A DNA stretch of 64,000 nucleotides, taken from Felis catus (lineage: Eukaryota). A program made the position numbers and the translations under genes. The notes below the pieces were generated by a model. The model saw only the letters and a list, made by a program, of their open reading frames with translations, ran no database searches and had not been told where the DNA came from. Positions 12,784 to 26,738 of the stretch are shown in pieces. The stretch covers positions 121,398,001 through 121,462,000 of the forward strand of contig NC_058368.1 in NCBI RefSeq assembly GCF_018350175.1, in the 5' to 3' direction. Position 1 is the first letter of the stretch. Each line of letters opens with the position of its first letter.

Positions 12784-14935
12784 ATGAGCAGGGGAAAGGC
12801 AGAGAGAGGAGAAAGAGAATCCCAAGCAGGCTCTGCACATCAGCACAGAGCCCAATGCAGGGCTCAAACCCACAAACCATGAGATCAGGACACAAGTCAA
12901 AATCAAGAGTGGGACGCTTAACCAAATGACCCACCCTTGTCTTGATGCTTTAAATATTTATTCCTTATCACTATATTTTGCCATTTTAACTACAATATGT
13001 CTTGGAATGGGTCTGCTTTTGTTAATTTTGTTGGAGGTTCCCTGTGTTTCCTAGATCTGGCTATCTGTTTCCTTCTCCAGATTAGGTAAGTTTTCAGCTA
13101 TAATGTCTTCAAATACATTCTCTGCCTGCTTTTCTCTCTTCTTCTTCTTCTGGGACTCTATAATACGATTGTTACTATGTTTGATGGATTCACTGAGTTC
13201 CCTAAGTTTACTCTCACTTTGCAGAATTCTTTTTTCTCTCTTTTGTTCAGTTTGATTACTTTCTATTACTCTGTCATCTAGTAATTACTTCATTCCTCTG
13301 CTTCTTCCAGCCTTCTGTTCATTTTGAGTGTGTTTCGCACTTTGTTTACTGAGCCCGTTATCTCTGCTGTTATTCCTTATCTCTGTGTTGATGGTCCCAA
13401 TGATGTTCTCTACTCTTTTCTCAAATCCAGTTAGTATCCTGCGCCTGGGTGGCGCAGTCGGTTAAGCGTCCGACTTCAGCCAGGTCACGATCTCGCAGTC
13501 AGTGAGTTCGAGCCCCGCATCAGGCTCTGGGCTGATGGCTCAGAGCCTGGAGCCTGTTTCCGATTCTGTGTCTCCCTCTCTCTCTGCCCCTCCCCCGTTC
13601 ATGCTCTGTCTCTCTCTGTCCCAAAAATAAATAAACGTTGAAAAAAAAGAATAGGCTTTAAAAAAAAAAAAAAAAAAAAGTCTGTTTTAAAGTCTTAATC
13701 AGGCATGTTATTTATATCTGTTTCGCTTAGATCTCCAGTCATGGCCTTGTCTTATTCTTTCATTTGGGACAAATTATGTCTTCTCATTTTGTCCGAGTCT
13801 CTGTGCCTGTTTCTGTGCATTAGGAAAGTCAGCTAACGTCTCCTGTTCTTGAAGGTAAAGCCTTTATGAAGAAAAGCCTATAGTGTCCTACTGTGTAGTA
13901 TCCCCATTTCCCCAGGACCTGCTGCTCCCAGGAATATCTCCAATGTATGCTGCGTGTGCTCTGCTGTTTTTCCTGGCTGCTTTATCTTTCAGGCCAGTCA
14001 TCTACAGATGCTCTCTTTGCCTGTTGTAGGCAGTGTTTGGTCCCTGAATGTGGCGCACTTAAACTAGGTGTGCTCTGGTCTGCTTGTGAAATGAAATCTG
14101 GTGCTGCCAGCACTAAGGCCTCATAAAATTCTCAGTTCGAGAGACATGGTGTGGGCAGGGGTTTGAGCCAGTCTTCTGAGGAAGGGGGCCTGCTGCACTG
14201 GGACTGAGGCAAGCATAACCAGGAGGTGTGGTTCCACCAAAATGCAGAGTGGTGGGGCTTGATGTAAGCAAGTTAGGTGGCAAGTATCAGCACTGCACTA
14301 GTTCCTACTGGCGGCCCTGTGTTTATGCTGAAGGATGAGGAAGGGAACGGCACCTGCCAATTCCTTTGTTCCTGGAGGGGTCCCTCTGTGAATGCTGCCA
14401 CTCCGGAACATGCTATGAGATGAGCAACTAACTTCTCCACTATGTGTCCCGGGTGCTCTTCAGATCACTGTTTCCCTGCCATATGTCTGCATGATGTTTG
14501 CTTGCCTTCTCTCCAAACACAGCCCCAATGTCCTCCAGGCTATTCCAGAGCCAAGCACAGTGACCTTTAAAACTCCAAACTTTAAGCCCCACTGGATACA
14601 AGTACTCAAAAATTCAGGCTCTCTCGCTTTCCAAGCCCTTTGCTATAGGGATTTGTTTTCCCCATGTGCTCCCCTGTGTGCTAGTTTATGTCTTATCCTT
14701 TCCATGACTGCAGCTCCCTCTCCCCAACAGCGGTCATGATCTGTTTCTTTCCCAAACCATGTCTCCACACTTCCTACCTTCTTCAATATGGCCTCTTCTC
14801 TATCTTTAGTTGTAGAGTGTGTTCTGCCAGTCTTCATATAGATTTCTGGGCTATTTAAGATGATCTGATAGTTATTTAGCTGTATTCATGGGACAAGGCA
14901 AGTGAGAATCCTCCTACTCTGCTGCCACCTTCTGT
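8630..14935 (-). mobile_element. Degenerate carnivore LINE-1 5' half (5' UTR, ORF1, ORF2 endonuclease), interrupted by SINEs and a young L1
   Basis: ORF 9776..10273 is the L1 endonuclease region (IIVADFNTPL, YTFFSSAHGTFSRMDH, FSDHN); 8790..8993 is the ORF2 linker ([10 protein letters not shown]); carnivore L1 5'-end-like sequence near 14935. Confidence 0.85.
10611..12000 (+). mobile_element. Young 5'-truncated LINE-1 (felid type), ORF2 C-terminus + 3' UTR
   Basis: ORF 10605..11771 is L1 ORF2 C-terminus ([12 protein letters not shown]...HCWWECK); G-rich 3' UTR, AATAAA, short A-tail; TSD AAAGTAATTATTGATA at 10595-10610 and 12001-12016. Confidence 0.96.
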
Positions 14936-16045
14936 CTTCAGTACCTGTGTGCCCTTCAAATGTCCCCATCCTTATTGAAACATTTCCTTATTTTCTGGAA
15001 CAATGTGTTCCATGCTCATCTTGTTATTTTCCCTACTCCAGACTGCAAATCAGTCACTTCTCCTAGGCACCCCAGTTCCACTTATCGGAAAACTGTAGTT
15101 AGAAACCAAGATCTGAATGCCAGGTGTGCCTCTGCCACTGGGGTGTCACTGCTCATAAGCCTTCTTGGCACACACAGCTAGGGAAATGTGTGCACATGCA
15201 CTAACCCACTGCACACACCAATGTTAATTTTTGCATTAATCTATCTATATATAAAATTAAAACCATTAGATATTGCCAATTCCAATCCAACACTACAGGC
15301 TGCGTTCTAGCATTCCCCCTTTATTATTTCCATCTTCTTTGACAGTGAGCTCTCATATCTACAATAGATTTATTTGTTCAATCCCAGCACACACTGCTAA
15401 CCTATACCTCACGCAAGAAATAGTCTTACCAATTACAGTACTGATGTGCAGTTCTTTTTGGTTTACAGTGTCCAGTCAAAGCAATGTTTCTCCAAGTTAA
15501 TTAGGTTAGTTCTTTCCCATTCCCATCAGTATGGCCTCAAACTGTGCTAGCCATGATGAGAAGAAACAAGTGCCATGATGACCAAAGTAATGAATGGTTC
15601 CTTCAGGTTACACAGTGCATGTCTTCCCTTGACAAAGTAATGATCAAATGGAACAGTACTGAGGCCAAGGAGAAAAGACTGTTCTAAAAAATGAATGCTC
15701 CCAGGTTTAAGTGACCCATATTTATATCAAGTATGAAGCAAATACTTTGGAAAAGCTTCACAGTCAACATTTCTACAAACCGATTCTTTCATCTTTCAAG
15801 TAATAAGAAATTGAAGCAAGCCGGGTAGCAATTACAGTGAGTTTCTTTTTTAAAAAGACTCTAATAGTCTTAGTTCAAATCTGTTCCTAAAAAGATCATG
15901 TCAGCAATTCTTACATTTTAAATATTACATTGCTTGTACACAAAGAAAACATGACTATTTTAAACTACTGTAAAAGCAAAAAAAAAAAAAAAGGCAGTAA
16001 AACTGAAACAATTTTAACTTGTTTTCTATAATCTGAAGAGAATCA

Positions 16046-16159
<114 letters not shown>

Positions 16160-18124
16160 TCAATGACCAGGCATTATTAAGCATATAAGTAAAATAAACC
16201 AAATCAGCCAAATCAAAATACATGGGTTAGCCACAATCAGATAAACACAGACAAAAAATATTACAAAGAGGGAATGGAAAAGATACCTTGCACTAATTTT
16301 CCAGACATAGAAACTAAAGTCCGGTTACTAAGTTACTTCATTTCAGCTGCTTATAAAGAAGAGCTTTACAGCAATCAGACTCCTTCAGAAATGAAAGGAC
16401 TAGTGTATGAAGTCAGAGTTGGGCTTTTAGGGAACTTCCTGTCAACGGCGTCACAATAATTGTTTGTTCAAGCTGTGCTCTACCTGAGGGCACTACATCA
16501 AAGGAGGCACTGTGCACAGCCTATCAATCTTTACTATTTAAGAATGTTGTATCTTTATCATAACTTTGCTGATACCAAACAGAGGTGATTATCCAGTTTT
16601 ATGCTACATGGCAATAAAGTATCTAGTTCTAAGAAATTCAGTACAGTGTAGAGTACAACAATGTTGAGACCAAAGAGAATGTCATGATATTCCACAATTT
16701 ACATTCATATACATATATACATATACATACATACAGATAAATATATAACATACATAGTGTCACTTTGACTTACAAAGTAAAAATGAATTTAAGAATCAAA
16801 AGTCCTTGTTGATCTAACAAAATCTATAAATAGCCCATGCTTTTTTTTTTTTTTTTTTTTAGTAGGCTCCACATCCAATATGAGGATTGAATTCATAACC
16901 CTGAGATTAAGGGTCACATGCTTTACTGACTAAGTCAGCCAGGCGCATCCAATAGCCCATGTTTCTAATTAAAGAGCTGTTTTCGGTCTAACATAGAGAT
17001 TATTTTAAATGAACTTTTTTATTCCCTTTCAATATTAGAACACTGGTTAAATGATGTTTCATTTTACAATTCAGACCATCTATTATTTGTTTAAATCTAT
17101 GTCTATTCTCATTATGACAGATATTTATAGCAAAGAATAGTTTTACCATTAATATGCCAACAGGAGCAGCAACATTCACTAACTGTAACAAATCCAACTT
17201 GCTAAAATTGTCATTACTAAGAAATAACATAGTAACTTAATTTCAGGTTTGGTTGAGGAGGGGTACCCCTTCCTAATGTGCACAAAAGCATCACAGGAGC
17301 AAACAAGGGCTTGGTTATGAGGTTTGCATAACCTCCTGTTGAAGATATTGATTAATGAGACATAAAGTCTTACGTAGCCTATTAAAAATCATATATACTA
17401 AGAGTTTTAACAATACTGGAAGCAATACTAGTATAAACAGAAATATTACATTGCCTGGGAAGAAACATTACATGACTGTTAAGAATCCTGGCAATTCCAA
17501 AATTCTATTATTATAATTCAGTGGCTGGTCATAGTATAAAACAAATCCCACCAAATGATCTTCTCAACTTAATGAGAAAGATATTCTAGGGTCACAATGC
17601 TAGGATCTTTATGTTTCTTATCTATCTCTCTCTCCTCTAGTCACAATTTGTGTTACCTTCTGTCATTCTAACCACAAATGTTAAAATAAGTAAGTTTTGG
17701 GGCACCTGAGTGGCTCAGTCGGTTGAGTACCCAACTCTTGATTTTGGCTCAGGTCACAATCCCAGTTGGCTCATGGGATGCAGCCCCACATCAGGTACCA
17801 TGCTGAGCATGGAGCCTGCTTAAGGGTTTAAGATTCTCTCTCTCTCTCCCTCCCTCTGCCTCTCTTCCCTGCTCACGTTCTCCCTCCTTCTAACATATCG
17901 TAATGTAACATAACAAAACATAACATAACAAATTTTCCCACTCCCTCCCCTCAGTTAATACTATTCACTCTACTCCCTAATTTATGCTGGTAGTCCTATA
18001 TATTTTAAATGGAAGACTAACTCTGATTTTTATACTCTTTATTTCTTTAAGAAATACAACTTCCTGTATCTGAAAAGTTTTCTGCAGAATTTTAAACTTT
18101 CGAGAGGCCAAAAGCCTTACTTAC

Positions 18125-18182
18125 TTTCTCAGAGTTGAGGAGGAGATGTCCATTTGCTCTCACAGCTGCAGGCCATTTGTCA
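18125..18182 (-). CDS. LARS1: LARS1 exon 21 (58 nt), ends with K of KMSKS
   Basis: aaag|[19 protein letters not shown]|gtaagt. Confidence 0.96.
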
Positions 18183-18433
18183 CTTTACAGGTAAATGTTC
18201 AAAGACAGAAAACACAACATAAACATTCTAGTTTAAGCTTAAAAAGTTGAGGTAAATGCTAAAAGATCTGTAAAAATTTGCAAAGACAAATGTACAAGGA
18301 TATTTACTGAGTGCTGTTCATAACGAAAAAAATAAAAAGTAAAGTGTGCGTTAAGTGAAGGACTGGTTACATAAACTATGATGCAGGCATACACTGAAAT
18401 ACTATGTAGTAACTATTTAAAAAATACAGGCAG

Positions 18434-19091
18434 GGGGGCGCCTGGGTGACTCAGTAGGTTGGGCGTCCGACTTCAGCTCAAGTCACGATCTCCCGGTCTG
18501 TGAGTTCGAGCCCTGCGTCAGGCTCTGGGCTGATAGCTCAGAGCCTGGAGCCTGCTTCTGATTCTGTGTCTCCCTCTCTCTCTGCCCCTCCCCCATTCAT
18601 GCTCTCTCTCTGTCTCAAAAATAAATAAACGTTAAAAAAAAAAAAATTCAAGGGGCGCCTGGGTGGCGCAGTCGGTGAAGCGTCCGACTTCAGCCAGGTC
18701 ACGATTTCGCGGTTCGTGAGTTCGAGCCCCGCGTCAGGCTCTGGGCTGATGGCTCAGAGCCTGGAGCCTGTTTCCGATTCTGTGTCTCCCTCTCTCTCTG
18801 CCCCTCCCCCGTTCATGCTCTGTCTCTCTCTGTCCCAAAAATAAAATAAAAACGTTGAAAAAAAAAATTAAAAAAAAAAAATTAAAAAAAAAATACAGGC
18901 AGGGCTAGAAGTGTGGCTATAAAAAGATCTTAGAGGGGCGCCTGGGTGGCTCAGTCGGTTAAGTGTCGAACTTCAGCTCAGGTCACGATCTCGTGGTCTG
19001 TGAGTTCGAGCCCCGCGTCGGGCTCTGGGCTGATGGCTCAGAATCGGAGTCTGCTTCTGATTCTGTGTCTCCCTCTCTCTCTGAGAGGGAG
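18434..19091 (+). mobile_element. Three CAN-SINEs (two nested, one 3'-truncated)
   Basis: GGGGCGCCTGGGTGG heads, (CT)n, A-tails; AAAATACAGGCAGGG duplicated around the first two. Confidence 0.92.
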
Positions 19092-19274
19092 CCTAAAGTA
19101 AGTAGGAGGATTTCTGGATGTACTAGATAGGAGAAGGTGTGCTTTATGCTTCAGTATACATTTAATAGAAGAAAAAGAAAGTGACTGGCAAATCTAACTA
19201 TACCTTGCACGATAACTTCTTAAATATTTGAAGCCACAAGGCATAAGTTTAGTCTGCATCCTTTTTAGCACTCA

Positions 19275-19556
<282 letters not shown>

Positions 19557-19779
19557 TCAGTATTTTCATCTAACCATGACGTAGATATTTGTCTTAATGT
19601 AGTTACCATAACAAATGACAATAGATTCCCCTAAGAATAAAGAACAGTAACAATAATAGAGGGACGATTTATTACTTTTTCTCAGTTCAACAGCAAAAAA
19701 GCAACAACATCATTAGCAAAATTTGCTAAATGAATTCTTATGAAAACTAATTATTTAAAAAAAAAAAAAAGGAAATTTG

Positions 19780-20160
19780 TGGCTCCTGGGTGGCTCAGTC
19801 AGTTGAGCATCTGACTCTTGGTTTCAGCTCAGGTCATGATCTCACAGTTCGTGAGATGGTGCCCCAGGTCAGGCTCCATGATGACAGCACAGAGCCTGCT
19901 TGGGATTCTCTGTCTCCCTCTCTACCTTTTTCCCACTTGCAGTGTCTCTGTCTCTCTCAAAATAAATAACCTTAAAAAATAAAAAAATAACTCAGTTAAG
20001 CATGTGACTTCAGCTCAGGTCATAATCTCACGGTTCATGAGTTCAAGCCCCACATTAGGCCCTGTGCTGACAATACAGAGCCTGCTTAGAATATTTTCTC
20101 TCTTCCTCTCTCTCTCTCTTTCTCTGTCCCTGTCCCATTCACATACTCTCTGTCTCAAAA

Positions 20161-20204
<44 letters not shown>

Positions 20205-20465
20205 ATATTAAAAAATAAAGGGATGCCTGGGTGACTCAGTCAGTTAAGCGTCCGACTTTGGCTCAGGTCATTATCCCATGGTTTGTGGGTTCGAGCCCTG
20301 CGTTGGGCTCTGTGCTGACAGCTCAGACCCTGCAGCCTGCTTCAGATTCTGTGTCTCCCTCTCTGCCCTCCCAGTCTCAAGCTCTGTCTCTCTCTCTCTC
20401 TCTCTCTCAAAAATAAACATTATAAAAAGTTTTAAAAAATAAATAAAATAATAAAATAATTTTAA
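19780..20465 (+). mobile_element. Three head-to-tail CAN-SINEs in intron 19
   Basis: Repeated tRNA-derived heads with (CT)n and (TAAA)n tails. Confidence 0.9.
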
Positions 20466-20547
20466 AAAAGGAATTTTCAATGTGTAAATCAAAAGATCAC
20501 ACCTCCTGCTAATAAACTACATTTCTTTGCCGCATCCATTCACCAAC

Positions 20548-20686
20548 CTGATGCCCAGCGGAGATTCTGCCTGTCCTCGCAAGTTACCCCCCTGCAGCAG
20601 GTGTGCTACTGTGTAAAATGCCATGTAAATAGTGGAATCAGACAGCGATTCAATCAGCCACTGCTCATCCCATGGCAGACGAGTAC
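20548..20686 (-). CDS. LARS1: LARS1 exon 19 (139 nt)
   Basis: gcag|[34 protein letters not shown]...SPLGI|gttggt. Confidence 0.97.
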
Positions 20687-21269
20687 CTGCAAGATAAAAA
20701 GAAGAAAATTAATTCCTGAGGAACTTAAAAGAGATACTTCATCTGGAGAATCCATATCTTCAAGGTCTATAGCATTTACAAAGCTACTTATTTAAGAAGG
20801 TCTTAAATTTGCTTAAATAATTAACAAAATGAACTAGTAAATATAAAGCAAAATGGGGGCACTGGGGTGGCTCAGTCAGTTGAGTGTCCGGCTCTTGATC
20901 TCGGCTCGGGTCGTGATCTCACAGGTCGTGAGATAGAACCTCGCATCCGGCTCCATGCTGACCGTGCAGAGCCTGCTTGGGATTCTCTCCCTCCCTCCCT
21001 CTCTGCCCCCCTCCTCCCTGCTTGAAAATAAATAAACATTTTTTAAAAAGGCAAAATGGTTGAAGCACTACAAAGTTTCTATTAAAAAAAATCCATAAAG
21101 CCATGTGGATTTGAGAGGTCATACTCTACCAGCAGGTAGATAGATGGTAGGGCACCACATCCCAGTTTCCCTCACCCTCAAACCAAAACCTCTCAATTCA
21201 GAAAAATACTAGGAGAGACAGAGAAAAAGTAAAAGGGCTAATTTGCCAGGTAACTGGCCAAGTCATTCA

Positions 21270-21721
<452 letters not shown>

Positions 21722-22304
21722 CTACATGAAAGCAAATAAAAATATATCAGATATTATGTCAAGTCAATCTCTATTCCTCAGGGACAATAAAAAAACAACT
21801 TTAAAAAAAAATGTTACACCACCAATAAAAAATGTTACACCACCCCACATCTTCAGTATGTCTTCCCGGTATAAGTTATCTGCCATTCTCTTTTTTTTTT
21901 TAATTTTTTTTTAATCTTTATTTTTGAGAGAGAGACAGAGTGCAAGCAGGGGAGGAACAGAGGGAGGGGGAGACACAGAATCCAAAGCAGGCTCCAGGCT
22001 CCAAGCTGTCAGCACAGAGACCGACGCGGGGCTCGAACTCAAAAACCGTGAGATCATGACCCGTGAGATCATGACCTGAGCTGAAGTCAGCCACTTAACC
22101 AACTGAGCCACCCAGGCACCCCTGCCATTCTTTCTATACTCATTTGCTTTTGAAAAGGTGTGTATCTCTGTCAAATGGATCATCTTTCCTAGGTATCAAT
22201 TATTCCTTGTCAGTGGAACATGAATGATGTTCAATACTTTCTAATTCTATGGTTTGAAGGTTAGATTGCCTATGGAAGCTACCCTTATTATTTTTGTTTT
22301 AAGT

Positions 22305-22343
<39 letters not shown>

Positions 22344-23554
22344 GAGAGAGAGAGAGAGAGAGAGTGAGTGCAAGGAGGGGATGGGCAGTGAGAAAGGGAG
22401 AGAGAGAATACCAAGCAGGCTCCGAACTATAAGCATGGAGCCCGACTCGGGACTTGAACTCTTAAACCAAGAGATCATGACCTGCACTGAAATCAAGAGT
22501 CTAAAGCTTAACTGACTGAGCTACCCAGGCGTCCCTATCCTTGTTATAGTAAGAATATAAAGAGGGGGAGATGTGAGCATTGTCAGCGCAGACCCTGCTT
22601 GGGATTCTCTCTCTCCTCTCTCTGCCTCTCTCCCCGCTCATGCTCGATCTCTCTCTCTAAAAAATAAAAAAAAAAGAATATAAAGAAAATAATGAAATTA
22701 AACACATAGAACCACTGCTTTTAAAAAACTAGATGCACAAAAAGTAAACATGAAAAACATTGTTGCTAAAGATTTATAGTGTCATGAAAAACGTCCACTA
22801 GAAAACTAACCATGAATGTAACTGTTTACCAAATATAAATACCTCTTAATGTATTATGATCCCACACTTGTCAGGCTATTTTTTAAGATAAAATCCAACA
22901 TAATTATTCATAAAATTATTCATTGTTCTTTGTTTTTAATGCAATTCTTCATACTGAACTTAAATAGCTAGGACTTTGGTATAAAGAAGGGAAATTAAAA
23001 ACAGACATTGAACTCTGCTGAAGAGGACTAACTGAGGTTTCTAAAGAAGAGGTCAGAACCCCAGATACCCTAATCCCATACTATGCAGACAGGCAAATGC
23101 CCCTCCCTATGCCAGCAGAACAATGAAGGTTTATGTTCTGGAGAGGATACAAGAGTCACTCAACCAAAGACAGAGTTAAGGATATGGGTATCACAGTGGG
23201 AAGAGACAGATTCAGTGGAAAGTCAGCACAATGGCTTTTGGTATTCCGCCCAGCAATTTTTTCAGCTCCCAGTTAGCTTAGACTTCTCAAGCTAGAAAGT
23301 GGAAGAATCTTCTAGGAGGAAGCTAATAAATCCAAGAAGCTCTAACTAATTGACATCAGGGCTAATATAAAGGCTTCCCCAAGACCCAAAAAGCCCTTCT
23401 AGATCTCCCCCAATGAAGCCCTACTCACATCCAAAAAGGTTCCAATCATCTTTCTGTACCTACTCTTAAATATCAACAATCTTCCACAGAGAAATAAAAG
23501 ATTAAGATTTCACATTCATGAAACATAGCATCCTATAAAAAAGGCCCTGCATTG

Positions 23555-24842
23555 ATGGAAAAAAGTCTCTTTAACAAATGGTGCTGGGAGAACTGGACAG
23601 CAACATGCAGAAGATTGAAACTAGACCACTTTCTCACACCATTCACAAAAATAAACTCAAAATGGATAAAGGACCTGAATGTGAGACAGGAAACCATCAA
23701 AACCCTAGAGGAGAAAGCAGGAAAAGACCTCTCTGACCTCAGCCATAGCAATTTCTTACTCGACACATCCCCAAAGGCAAGGGAATTAAAAGCAAAAATG
23801 AACTACTGGGACCTTATGAGATCAAAAGCTTCTGCAAAGCAAAGGAAACAACCAACAAAACTAAAAGGCAACCAACGGAATGGGAAAAGATATTTGCAAA
23901 TGACATATCGGACAAAGGGCTAGTATCCAAAATCTATAAAGAGCTCACCAAACTCCACACCCGAAAAACAAATAACCCAGTGAAGAAATGGGCAGAAAAC
24001 ATGAATAGACACTTCTCTAAAGAAGACATCTGGATGGCCAACAGGCACATGAAAAGATGCTCAACGTCGCTCCTCATCAGGGAAATGCAAATCAAAACCA
24101 CACTCAGATATCACCTCACGCCAGTCAGAGTGGCCAAAATGAACAAATCAGGAGACTCTAGATGCTGGAGAGGATGTGGAGAAACGGGAACCCTCTTGCA
24201 CTGTTGGTGGGAATACAAATTGGTGCAGCCACTGTGGAAAACAGTGTGGAGGTTCCTCAAAAAATTAAAAATAGACCTACCCTATGACCCAGCAATAGCA
24301 CTACTAGGTATTTACCCAAGGGATACAGGAGTACTGATGCCTAGGGGCACTTGTACCCCAATGTTTATAGCAGCATTCTCAACAATAGCCAAATTATGGA
24401 AAGAGCCTAAATGTCCATCAACCGATGAATGGATAAAGAAATTGTGGTTTATATATACAATGGAGTACTACGTGGCAATGAGAAAGAATGAAATATGGCC
24501 CTTTGTAGCAACGTGGATGGAAGTGGAGAGTGTTATGCTAAGTGAAATAAGCCTTACAGAGAAAGACAGATGCCATATGTTTTCACTCTTACGTGGATCC
24601 TAAGAAACTTAACAGAATCCCAAGGGGGAGGGGAAGGGAAAAAAAAAAAAAAGAGGTTAGAGTGGGAGAGAGCCAAAGCATAGGAGACTCTTAAAAACTA
24701 AGAACAAACTGAGGGTTGATGGGGGGTGGGAGGGAGGGGAGGGTGGGTGATGGGTATTGAGGAGGGCACCTTTTGGGATGAGCACTGAGTGTTGTATGGA
24801 AACCAATTTGACAATAAACTTCATATACTGAAAAAAAAAAAA
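23555..24842 (+). mobile_element. Young 5'-truncated LINE-1 with frameshifted ORF2
   Basis: ORFs 23552..23923 and 23980..24603 are ORF2 C-terminus pieces; poly(A); TSD AAAAAAGGCCCTGCATTG at 23537-23554 and 24843-24860. Confidence 0.96.
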
Positions 24843-26693
24843 AAAAAAGGCCCTGCATTGGTAACGATGAAGCTGGATAATAAGTATACAGGAATTCAAC
24901 ACACTACTCTCCACTTTTTTAATTTGAAATTTTCCATACCAAACATAATTTTTTTACACATACACACAAATAGCAGATATAAAAAACGCACAATAAACAA
25001 ACAAAATCTCAGGAAGAAAAACTTGAGGGACTCTCCCAGAAAGAAAAAGACTTCCAGAGTCTAAGAGAACCCATAATTGAGTAAGAATTCAGGAAGCAAA
25101 AAATAAGGAAAGGAAGAGATGAAACAATCAAAGAAAAAGTCAAGAAGTTTTCCCAAAATTAAAGCACCTAAGTCTTCAGGCTGAAGGAGCCCACTAAGCA
25201 CTCAGAAAAATGAATGAAAATTGACCTACACCACAGTAAATCACGAAATTCCATAACATCAGGAAGAAAGACAAGATTCTATACAAAGAGAAGGAGAGGG
25301 GGAAAAACAGGACATTTATAAAAAAATGAGTTATTACCAAAATGGTTTCAGACTTCACAACAGCATTCTGAACCAGAGCACCATGGGTAATGTCCATGAA
25401 ATTCTAAGGCAAACTACTTTCAATCTAGAATTCTGTCCCCAGGCAACCAAGTATGAAGATAGACAAGATATTTCACACATGGAAGCTTACAAAAATTTAC
25501 CTTCCAGGTACCCTTTTTCAGGAAAGCTACTAGAGTAAGAGTTTAACCCAAATGAGAGAGGGAATAATTAAGCAGCGGCCACGGGATAAAGGAAACATGA
25601 GATCCAACTCAAGAGAAGCAAAGAAAATTCTTAGTAATGGAAGAAGATCCCAGATGATATTTGTGCACTAGGACAGTAAGTAACCAGTCCAGACTAAAAC
25701 AGGCCAGAAGGCGGGGGAAGAGCTTTCTCCAAGAAGGAACCAACAGCATACTGACGTGTTAAAGTAGTGAAAGAAGAAATAAAGAGTTGGGACAGAGTTT
25801 GGGAATACAGCATTATATTTAAAGTAAGGAATTTTAAAAAGGAATTAAAAAACAAGAAGGACAATTATTAACACCAGGGAAAAACAAAAGCTGAGGAAGA
25901 AAAGTTCTCATTGTACATCAGTGGTGTCTCAAAAATGTATACAATGGGGGCACCTGGTGGCTCACTTGGCTTTGGTTCAGGACGTGATCTCATGGTTTGT
26001 GAGCTTGAGCCCCATATTGGACTCTGTACTGACAGTGCAGAGCCTGCCTGGGATTCTCTCTCTCTGCCCCTCTCCCACTTGCGCTAGCTCTCTCTCTCTC
26101 TCTCTCAAAAATAAATTAAAAGACTTTAAAAAAAGAGATTAGCAAATTGAACATGGAAATCCCACATTAACATATGAAAAGAAATATTTTTTTTAATGTA
26201 CGCAATTACTGCTCTCATATAAGTTATAATGTACCTATACTAAAAAGATGGGAGGTAGAGAAGGGCACACAAATGTGGTGAGGTCAGAAAGAAAGACACA
26301 AGGTAGAAGAAAGAGTTAAATCTTGATTTTCCAAGGTAGAAAGTCAATGGCTAATGTCTAAAACTAAAAATCAAAATGTAAAAATTACTCTATGAGCATT
26401 TACATTAGAGATCTGAGAGATGGAGGTTAATATTAAAAGAAATAACCAAAACAGCTGAAAGTAATCCTGTCCAAGGAAGAGAAATTGAAGAGAATGTGGG
26501 AAGGATGGAGAGGAAACTGCTGGTTTTTTATTTTAGTAAGCTTTACAGACCACAGTCTCTCTGTATTAAAGCCATATATAACTGTCAGAAATCAAAATTT
26601 AGTTTAGGGGCACTCTTGATCTCAGATCAGGTCTTGATCTCAAGGCTGTGACTTTAAACCCCGCTTTGGGCTCTGGGCTACGCATGAAGCCTA

Positions 26694-26738
<45 letters not shown>

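Noticed and set aside
18434..18500. tRNA genes
   Set aside because: The A/B-box-like sequences are tRNA-derived SINE heads with no complete cloverleaf.
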